Positions 1-8,268 are shown, counted from the first letter of the stretch. The stretch: DNA of 18,728 bases from Paraspadella gotoi (GCA_051294375.1 JBJCIZ010000695.1:1-18728); one strand, 5' to 3'. A program made the numbers and translations. Notes: generated by a model from the sequence alone, not told the origin.

Positions 1-39
1 CTCAGTCACGCTGTGATCAACCTTCGGGCCCTTGCCACA
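1..39 (+). repeat. 3' end (U5) of the 5' LTR
   Basis: 39/39 identical to 5809-5847, ends in ...GCCACA and is followed 2 nt later by TGG. Confidence 0.95.
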
Positions 40-41
40 CT

Positions 42-54
42 TGGTAAGACCGAC
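42..54 (+). promoter_or_regulatory. Primer binding site (PBS), tRNA-Trp-like but non-canonical
   Basis: TGGTAAGACCGAC lies 2 nt after the LTR end. It matches the usual metazoan Trp PBS TGGTGACCCCGAC at 10/13 positions. The mirror arm reads the same (17642-17654). Confidence 0.8.
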
Positions 55-254
55 TACGAACAAAGCCAACCTTCAAGAAGAAGAAGAAGTGGATCAAACC
101 TTTCCCTGAGGTGAGATTGGGTGAATATGATCGGGTTTTAAGCAAATCACCCAATTTGCTCACGCCCTTCTCTCTTCTCTTTTATTACGAAACGATTGGA
201 GTCAACAACGCCGTCAACATCGCCACGACGACGTCCCCGGGCCCACAAGCATCC

Positions 255-1319
255 ATGAGCAACTCAGACCTCCGGTCAAGACTTCGCTCCGCGCAACGCA
301 CCGTCGACGACAACCTCCAAGTGCCTGGAGGATTCGGACGAGGCATACGCTCCCGCTCAACATCGCCAATATACGCCGACGCCGCGCCAACGTTCAACTT
401 CAGGAGAATCAGCGGCGAAAACTTCGCAGACGCCGACATGGCTACCGGCGGCGCCGCGCCGCGCGATTTACGCGACGAAAATGACGAGCTGAGAGCGGCG
501 CTCGCCGCAGCGACAAGGGCGCTCGAGAGGGCTTCAAACCGGAAACCAGACCTTCCCGATTTCGATTCGACCAATATAGAGATCTGGATTCGACGAGTGG
601 AGGCGGCGTACACGCGCGCAGGCATCGCCGCTCCCAAAACGAAGTTCGCACACCTCGAATCAAAAATTGCAGTGAAGGTTGACCCCAAAATCAACCAATT
701 TCTATATGGCGAAGCGACGGAAGCGTCATGGCAGCTATTCATAGAATATTTAAGGAAGGAATATGGATTGACTCGGCGTCAGCAAGCAGCCAACCTCTTG
801 GACGCCCTCGACACAGATGGAATGAAACCATCAAAGCTTCTTGCTCACTTGGAGGAACAAACGAAATCTCTAACGATCGACGATGTGCGCAAAGAAAAGA
901 TTTTGAGGGAGTTGCCAGCCGAGGTGCGCCGACAACTGGAGGATAAGGCTGACGACCTCTCCGCCAGTCAACTCTGCGAGCTCGCAGATCGCCACTACGA
1001 TAATGAGGGAAATCTCAAAATCCGGCCTACAACTTCACTCGTCAATAATATCGAGCAAGGACGCCGCGAACGATTCGAATCGGAATCTGAGGACGATGAC
1101 GGCGTCAACGCAATCGCAGCGAACAGGAGGAAACCCTTCAACAGCAAGAAGAAGCAGAGCCAAGCTCCAAAAGGAAAAGCGAAACCAAAACTGCTCACTC
1201 TTTGTCACAAACACGTGAAGTTTGGCGAAGAGGCCTGGTCCTGTGAGCCAGGATGCTCAAAGTATGACGACACCCAGAAGAAGCATGAGGGAAACGGGAA
1301 AGGGGGGCGACGTCGGTGA
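255..1319 (+). CDS. gag: Gag polyprotein with CHCC-type nucleocapsid motif
   Basis: The frame is open from 111 (GTG). First ATG is at 255; an alternative ATG at 438 sits in strong Kozak context GCCGACATGG. Contains the LPDFDSTNIEIWIRRVEAAY capsid-like block, a basic patch and CHKHVKFGEEAWSCEPGC (Cx2Hx9Cx3C, 1203-1256). The start is uncertain. Confidence 0.9.
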   Translation: MSNSDLRSRLRSAQRTVDDNLQVPGGFGRGIRSRSTSPIYADAAPTFNFRRISGENFADADMATGGAAPRDLRDENDELRAALAAATRALERASNRKPDLPDFDSTNIEIWIRRVEAAYTRAGIAAPKTKFAHLESKIAVKVDPKINQFLYGEATEASWQLFIEYLRKEYGLTRRQQAANLLDALDTDGMKPSKLLAHLEEQTKSLTIDDVRKEKILRELPAEVRRQLEDKADDLSASQLCELADRHYDNEGNLKIRPTTSLVNNIEQGRRERFESESEDDDGVNAIAANRRKPFNSKKKQSQAPKGKAKPKLLTLCHKHVKFGEEAWSCEPGCSKYDDTQKKHEGNGKGGRRR

Positions 1320-1351
1320 ACGCCGTCCCCCAAACGTCAACCAGATCACCG
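1289..1351 (+). promoter_or_regulatory. -1 programmed ribosomal frameshift signal: slippery heptamer plus predicted H-type pseudoknot
   Basis: G GGA AAC at 1289-1295 in gag phase, then a 6-nt spacer. Stem 1302-1313/1320-1331; loop CGGTGA (1314-1319) is complementary to TCACCG (1346-1351). Confidence 0.85.
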
Positions 1352-4300
1352 GCGCCATCCGACCTCCTCTACATCCGTGATGCTAGAGATAAGACCAAAT
1401 GGTTAGTCGACGGCGGCGCCTTGCTCTCGATAGTTCCGCCAACTCACGAACAGCGTCGAAGCGGCCCGGACCCAAAGGTCAAGCTACAAGCTGCCAACGG
1501 ATCTCCAATAAGCTGCTACGGANNNNNNNNNNGGATAGTGCAGCTGGGAAATCGTCAATTTCGATATGATTTTGTTGTAGCAGACGTTAAGCAACACATA
1601 TTGGGGGCAGATTTCTTGGCAGAGAACTTTTTAGCCCCAAATCATCGAGATGGGCTACTACTTGACTTACGCGATTATTCCACCATCGCAGCGTCCACAG
1701 CATCTACAGCATCAGAAACCACAGCCCATGTTAACTTCGTGGACCGGCAAGGGGAAAAGTACTACAAACTGCTGGAATCTTTTCCCTCACTATCTACTCC
1801 AACCTTTGAGTTGAAAGAGCCGAGACACGGAGTCACACACTCTATCCCAACAGAGGGCAGACCTTGCCAATCAAGGGCTAGACGTCTAGATGCAGAGAAG
1901 TTGGCAGTTGCAAAACGTGAACTCGAGAAAATGGTCTCATTAGGCATCGCACAGCGTGGAAAATCGGAATGGTCCTCACCTCTACATGTCGTATCAAAAC
2001 CTGACGGAGGATGGAGGTGCTGTGGCGATTACAGGCGTTTGAACGCCCAGACCATAGATGATAAATATCCGGTGAAGCTCTTAACCGACTTTAACTCACA
2101 ATTAGAAGGAAAAACAATATTTTCAAAGATCGACCTTCTAAAGGGATATCATCAGATCCCAGTGAGCCCCGAGGACGTTAAGAAAACTGCTGTGATAACT
2201 CCTTTCGGACTCTACGTCTTCCCCCGCTGCCCTTTTGGGCTTAAAAACGCGGGACAAGACTTCCAGCGGTTAATGGACGAGATCCTCGGGGACATTCCCC
2301 ATACATTCGTATATCTCGATGACATTCTCGTTGCGTCAACAAATCCGGAGGAACATCATCAAGATCTCGAAAGAGTATTCAGAGCTCTCGACGCCAATGG
2401 ACTTGTCGTCAACACAAAGAAGTGTTTGCTAGGCCAGGAATCCCTTGAATTCCTTGGTTTTTTAGTCGACAAGAATGGCGTGCGACCACTCCCAGAACGT
2501 GTCAAGACTCTGCAAGAAACAACGAGACCCACAACCATCAAAGAGCTACAACGCTTCCTGGGTATGATAAATTACTATCGTCGCTTCATACCCAGGGTAG
2601 CTCACAGATGCGCAGCTTTATACGAAGCTCTTAGTGGAAAGCCCAAAAGTCTCAATTGGACGGCCGATTGCCAGCGGGCATTTGAAGCAATCAAAGAGGG
2701 TCTGATACAAGCCGCCCTACTCCACCACCCGAGGACCGGAGCCCAGCTATGCATCACAACAGACGCCTCCGACCAAGCAGTCGGAGCGGTACTGGAGCAA
2801 AGGGGCCCCAAGGGATGGGAGCCGCTGGCCTTTTTTTCGACGAAACTCGCAAAAAATCAAAAGTTATGGCCACCGTTTGACAAGGAGTTATTCGGAGCTT
2901 TTAAAGCGGTGCGCCACTTTCGACATTGGGTTGAAGGCAGAAGCTTCACGCTGTACACGGACCACCAGAGCCTGGTGACGGCCATAAAAAAGAAAGCGGA
3001 ACCCCAGACAGTTCGACAATCGTACCAGCTTTCGGTGATTGCCGAATTCACCACTGATGTCCGCTACCTGAAGGGCAAGGCCAATGTGGTGGCCGACGCC
3101 CTATCACGGCCGAACGCCACACCAACGACCTCGTCGACGCCTTCGATGACATCGCCAACGGCAAAAGCACCTTCGAAGCCTCCAGCAGCAAAATCTCTGA
3201 CATCAGCGCCGACTGCATCAGCAATGACGTCGACAGCGACGACGCCATCGACGACGACAGTCCCGCCAGAAGAGGATCAGCGAGTCGATGAGAGTGGAGA
3301 GACAAGTATCAAACCCAACCGTCTCGAAGACGCCCACGCCCTCATCTCATCTCTAACAAGTTTCGAGATCGACTTCGAGCAGTTGGCAAGGGAACAAACA
3401 CTCGACCCTGATTTTCAAAGGATCGCGGAAGATGCCAGATCAGGACTAACCTTCAGGAAAATCAAGGTGGGCGACCAGGACTTACTCGTGGACATCTCAA
3501 ATGGTCCAGCTCGACCTTTCGTGCCGGCATCATGGCGCCGGAAGATCTTCGAAGTGATCCACGGACTGGGTCACCCCGGCGTCGATGCAACTCGGAAGGC
3601 AGTGGCGGCGAAATTCGTTTGGAATAGTATGCGGCAAGACGTCTCAAAGTGGGCGAGGGATTGCATCGATTGCCAACGAGCAAAGATCACGAGACATGTA
3701 ATACCCGAGATCGGAGAATTTAAAATTCCACCTCGGCGATTTCAACATTTAAACCTCGACCTAGTCAAGATGCCGAAATCCAACGGATTTTCCCACCTCC
3801 TTACAATCGTCGACCGATTCTCGAGATGGCCGACAGCAATCCCAATACGCGATACTCTCACGCCCACAATCCTCGACGCCCTGAGCCTTAACTGGATCAG
3901 CATTTTCGGAACCCCATCTGTAATTACTACAGATCGAGGAAGCCAGTTTACGTCAACTCTGTGGAGCCAATTGATGAGACAATGGGGCATCAAACATCAA
4001 ACCACGACTGCATACCATCCCCAGGCCAACGGATTGGTTGAAAGATTTCACCGAAGACTCAAAGAATCACTCATGGCACTGGTAAACGATGAGCGTGAAC
4101 AATGGTTTTGGAAATTGCCCCTAACATTGCTCGCAATTAGAACGACGGTTAAGGAGGATGTCGGCGCCTCTGCAGCCGACCTGGTGTTTGGGGAAGGCTT
4201 GAGCATACCCGGCAGTATGCTTGGCGACGCTCAACAAAACAACGCCACTCTAAACCGAAATCGTAGGAATCAATTGTCAAAACTTCGACTGGAAGTTGCT

Positions 4301-5022
4301 CGACTACAGCCTACTCCAACCTCAGCTCATCAGCAACCGTCAATACACCTTCCGGCAAACCTGGAGTCAGCCCATTACGTTTTCGTACGACGACCGAGCG
4401 TGCAGCCATCCCTAGTCACACCCTACGAAGGGCCTTACCGCGTCATTAATCGAAACGGCCTCAACATGACGATTGAGATTCCAAGTAAGGGACGCGAGAC
4501 AGTTAATATTGCACGAGTCAAGCCAGCGTGGTTAAGCGACGAGGAACTGGACGTCGACCCGGAACCACGCCCAGAGCGAACACCAGGCCGCCGACCCGGC
4601 CCCAGAACGAGGCAGCCGGCGCCAACAACAAGATTAACTCGCTCCGCCGCGCGTCGCCTCGCTGCGGCGACTCCTCCTCCTCCTCCTCCTCTCCTCCTTC
4701 TTCCCCACCTCCACCCGCTCCTCCCAACAACCCAACCTTCCCCGACCCCCCCCCATCGCCTCAACCATCTTTGCAACCGCCTTCCCTTTCTCCCGGGCCT
4801 CCACGCACAGCGACTTCATCTACAAGGGAACAAGAGGAGAACAACAACAACAACCGCGAGAAAATAAATGAGCCAACGCGTAAAAACTATCAAAATAAAC
4901 CTCTGACGCGTTCGCAAACAAACAACAACAACAACAATAGTAGACCGACATATGCTATCGTACTAAAGGAGCTAATACGACGACAGCAAGTCGAAAACAA
5001 AAACAATAACAACGACTCCTAG
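1289..5022 (+). CDS. pol: Pol polyprotein (protease, reverse transcriptase, RNase H, integrase with GPY/F motif), expressed by -1 frameshift from gag
   Basis: PR: LVDGGA...ILGADFL. RT: LPFG-like CPFGLKNA and YLDD (2312-2323). RH: TDASD, DKEL, TDHQSL, ADALSR. IN: HGLGH...CIDC, LDLV/TDRGSQF/VERFH, PYEGPY. As written it stops at 4867; one missing base in the (CCT)n run near 4691 would extend it to TAG 5022. Contains 10 Ns at 1523-1532. Confidence 0.93.
1523..1532. other. 10-nt N gap inside the protease domain
   Basis: Run of 10 n that preserves the reading frame. Confidence 0.99.
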
Positions 5023-5290
5023 GACTCGGTAGCCTGTTTTTTAGTGTACATATATTCCTGTTTTTATTTGTTTTGATTTTATAATTTTAGATTTTCGATA
5101 TTTTTTTTTTTTCTCTCTAATTAATTTCTCTTAATATCGTTCATTTCGATATTTTATGGAAATTGTATTTTTTAATGAAACAACTAACTATTTATGGAAG
5201 AATATAATATATTATTTAAGTACTCGTACATTTATAGATCACTCCAAGAGACGTACAAAATATTGTTGAAAATACAGCAAGTATAATTCC

Positions 5291-5302
5291 AACAGGGGGG
5301 CA
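5291..5302 (+). promoter_or_regulatory. Polypurine tract (plus-strand primer)
   Basis: AACAGGGGGGCA lies immediately before the TG that opens the 3' LTR. It is absent next to the mirrored 5' LTR. Confidence 0.85.
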
Positions 5303-5351
5303 TGCGGCGTCTTCGAGTGGAACCATTTCCTTCATGAAGAAATCCATCTTC

Positions 5352-5420
5352 CAACGGATTCGAAACCCGGGACGTCGGAACTGGAAACATTCGGATTCCC
5401 AGCACTGATGCCATGCCAAA
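5352..5420 (-). promoter_or_regulatory. tRNA-like Pol III internal promoter (A box + B box/T-arm), antisense within the LTR U3
   Basis: Consensus of the three LTR readings: TGGCTCAGTGCTGG-28 nt-GGTTCGAATCC with a CGGG/CCCG T-stem. No acceptor stem, so not a tRNA gene. Confidence 0.55.
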
Positions 5421-5576
5421 CTGCTTAGAGAATGATTTCAAATCTCAACAGTAAACTATTTCTACTCCATAAGAACCTTTTGTTTACAAAAAGAGGAAAC
5501 ATTATTCTCAGAAGAATGTCTCTTTGTTTATACCATTTTGTTCAAGTGATTGTTTAACTTCTATAATTGTTTACTG

Positions 5577-5582
5577 AATAAA
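5577..5582 (+). terminator. Candidate polyadenylation signal in the LTR
   Basis: AATAAA followed by T/GT-rich sequence (GTCTTGTTTT); the position is plausible for the R region. Confidence 0.5.
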
Positions 5583-5847
5583 TTTCAGTCTTGTTTTCAA
5601 TGCCTCTTAATGAAATAAGATATTTTTATCACATCTTGTTTTTATTGAATGTAAATAATAACATTAACAAGAAACACTTAATAATTAATAATCGAATTCA
5701 TTAACAATCACTATCAACGGTGACCCGGCTTCCCTGCACGTCGTTCCTTACAAGACTTATGTCCATGCGTCCTAGTCTTAGTACGACGCACTCAAGTTGC
5801 CACGTTCCCTCAGTCACGCTGTGATCAACCTTCGGGCCCTTGCCACA

Positions 5848-5851
5848 ACAG
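5848..5851 (+). repeat. Target-site duplication ACAG (3' copy)
   Basis: ACAG follows the 3' LTR. CTGT, its reverse complement, follows the mirrored 5' LTR at 18208-18211. Confidence 0.75.
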
Positions 5852-6159
5852 AAGAAGCTTTTAAATCAGAAACCAATTTGTACGAATGTTTTGAAATGAA
5901 CAGTAATGTATCACTCCATTTTGTAAACAGCCAATACGTCATGCACACATTCCGTACCTGAAAGGGGCTTTCAACCCAACTAGACCCAAAGATATTACAA
6001 TCTCAAAAATAAAAATATAAAACGCGAAATATAAAAACTGGAAAGTAGACCAAAAAAAAAAAAAGTTGAGACGAAAAGAAATAAAAAGAAAACCTCAAGC
6101 GTCGAGGAAAAAAAAAAGCTGGAGGTCGAAGAAAAGAAACCTCATAAATTGCGGCCTTC

Positions 6160-6345
6160 ATTCCTTTCCTCTCCGCTCCCTCCTCCCTTTACTCTACGAA
6201 TTTCTATGTGATTCCCGTCAATTCTCCCCTCTCTCTCTCTCATTTCTCTCTCTTCTCCTCTCTCTCCGTCTGTCAGGCATCTCCTCTCTCTCTCTCTCTC
6301 ATCTCTCGTCCCTTCTCACCGAAGAAAAATTCTCATCTTTCTCAC
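6160..6345 (+). repeat. Degenerate (CT)n / pyrimidine-rich tract
   Basis: Interrupted CT repeats; mirrored as a GA-rich tract at about 11205-11330. Confidence 0.85.
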
Positions 6346-7149
6346 GCTCCCCGAAAGTCCCAAGAAGTTTTAAATGTGTTCTCTCCCCCCCACAATTTTG
6401 TTTTTTTGTGTGGCAAGCGTGCCTGTGGCTACCGGTTGGGTGGATGAAATGGGAGGCAATGTAGGATATGGTTCGGTCGACTTCATAGTGCAGGGAAGTC
6501 GGGAGAATTCGATGGCAATGGTAACTGTGAAACGTCATGGTGGACTAATGGTGTCCCATAAGTGAGTCGGTAGAGGGTGGGGGTCGCTACGCTGCGGGTT
6601 AGGGGATTTGAGATGAGCCTCTTTTCCAAAAATATATTTTTGGGGCGTCAAACCATTTAGCTCACTGAAAACAACGGCCGGGCCATGCATGACGAGTTCG
6701 AGTTACGAATGTTCGGCTGTACGAACCATGCGAAGTGTTAGCGAAGAGTACCAGGTCAAAGGCAAAAAGTATAGGTCACATTTCTAATGGAGGATATTTT
6801 AACTGCACAAACGCTGTCGATTTAAACTAGAGATTAATTATCGAAAACATTGAGCTTAGTTATTTAAAATGAATGGATAATTTTTATATTGGTATGTACA
6901 ATTTCAATATATAAAATATAAGCCTTTCCATTTGCACGAAAGCCGCGCAGCGCAGAAACGAAAAGCCAAAACGCGCGAGCGCTAATTTTCACATTAATCC
7001 ACTTCATTCCCTCCTCTCTGGTCGCTCCGCGAAAACGCTTAAAGTCTCACGTCCCTTCGAAATTATTCACAAAGACGCCGCCCCCACGGTCCTCCCCCTC
7101 CCCCTTTCATCTCGAAACCCCGGGCGTTGGCTTAAACGTCCTGCATCGT

Positions 7150-7428
7150 TTTTCTCTCTATCCTCTTCTTTTACTATCGCCCTCTCAGCTCTCCGACGCA
7201 TCACATTGCCTTCTCTCTCTCTCTCGTCTGCATCGCTCTCTCTCTCTCGGGGTCTGCTCCATCTTATCTCTCATCTCTCTCTCTCTCGTCTCTCTCTCTC
7301 TCTCAACTTTTTCTTCACTCGTTTCACTCTAATTGGGCCTCTATGGAATTCACCTCTCCCCCGTCTTTGGCTCGCCTCTGTCTCTCTCTCTCTCGTCTCG
7401 CTCTCCCTCTCTCGTCTCTTCTCTCTCA
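7150..7428 (+). repeat. Compound (CT)n microsatellite region
   Basis: Interrupted CT runs; the mirror copy at about 10295-10530 is a cleaner (GA)n. Confidence 0.88.
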
Positions 7429-7839
7429 AGGTCCATTCAGAGGGAAGCTGCGTTTACTTATGCGCCACAATGACTGGTGCCGCCGATGTTGAATGAGAAC
7501 AATTTTTTGGTGTCTTTTTTTTTTTCCTAGGAGTTTTCTCGTCTGGATTTTTTATCTCATTTTTTTTTTCCTTGGGAGAAAAAAACTGAAAGAGAAATTT
7601 TTCCAAAAAAAAAAAGAAAGTGAGAAAAAAAATTGTGGGAGGATTAGTTGAATTTAAAGAGTAACGATTTTCAAAAGTTAACCGCAAAAAGAAGTTTCTT
7701 TTCCGCCAAGCTAGCTCTCAATCGTCATACCCTCTGTCGCTCTTGTCTAAGGTTGTTGATTTCTAATTCCTTAATGGTTTCCGGTTACATGTTCAATTGA
7801 CACCTGATGCTAAGTAACTAATACCAATTTCTAGCCGTC

Positions 7840-7905
7840 TCACGGGCCTCGAACCAGCGACCTTTTCGTCATGAATCCAAGAGCGTTCACAACGTCGAGG
7901 AGGGT
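7840..7905 (-). mobile_element. Degenerate tRNA-derived segment (possible SINE head or tRNA pseudogene)
   Basis: The mirror copy (9835-9890) reads GACGGTGAACGCTCTGGATTCATGACGAAAAGGTCGCTGGTTCGAGCCCGG, with a B box and T-arm in tRNA-like context. The A box is poor. Confidence 0.4.
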
Positions 7906-8268
7906 CTTTTTCCTTGGCCGTGTTTCCGTCGATCGAACATCTACTGTTAAGACGACTCAATCAGCGCTCAATCTCGCCCAAAAACGTCAACTCAAAAATT
8001 AAGACGTTGATGTTCGAAATAAATCAGAAGCGTAGAAATCTCGCTGCGTGAAGGCAGGGATTCTTATTTTTTTAGTATAATTAATTAGTATTTAATTATG
8101 AACTTATTAAGACTTAGAAATATTATTATATAAATGTAGGGAAAAAAATCAATGAGCTTTCTTCTAATTGTTCGGGACATTCAGAAAGTATTTTAGTAAT
8201 ATTCCAATAATATTCTTTGTAGTTTATTTTTTTTTAAAAATTATATGTGAAATTATATCCGCCCTGCG

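Larger units (their letters stand above)
1..5847 (+). mobile_element. Ty3/Gypsy (Metaviridae) LTR retrotransposon, CsRn1/Kabuki-like lineage; 5' LTR truncated by the window edge
   Basis: LTR-PBS-gag-pol-PPT-LTR layout. PR-RT-RH-IN order is diagnostic of Ty3/Gypsy. The CHCC gag knuckle, Trp-like PBS and 4-bp TSD fit the CsRn1 clade; the clade call is inference without a tree. Confidence 0.97.
5303..5847 (+). repeat. 3' LTR (545 bp as written)
   Basis: Begins TGCGGC and ends GCCACA (imperfect terminal inverted repeat, TG...CA). The start is fixed by where similarity to the mirrored 5' LTR stops (18207), the end by identity with 1-39. Confidence 0.93.

Noticed and set aside
111-254. Gag N-terminal extension from GTG 111
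   Set aside because: Non-ATG start in a eukaryotic element, and the region looks like leader (pyrimidine tract). It is more likely just an open frame upstream of the ATG.
185-742. 185-aa antisense ORF within gag, and other small ORFs antisense to gag-pol
   Set aside because: Shadow ORFs expected opposite GC-rich coding sequence; no recognisable motifs.
4528-5022. Separate env-like ORF3
   Set aside because: No signal peptide or transmembrane segment and no ATG start. It is better explained as the frameshifted Pol tail.
5352-5420. Functional tRNA gene in the LTR
   Set aside because: No acceptor-stem or convincing anticodon-stem pairing; kept only as a promoter-like relic.
6408-6417. GTGTGGCAAG, reverse complement of the LTR end (31-40), as a possible solo-LTR edge
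   Set aside because: Only 10 nt with no extension into LTR sequence; compatible with chance.
6370-7660. Short inverted similarity (TTTAAAT...CCCACAATTTT at about 6370-6400 versus 7625-7657) as MITE termini
   Set aside because: Short, low complexity, no TSD, and located in error-prone sequence.
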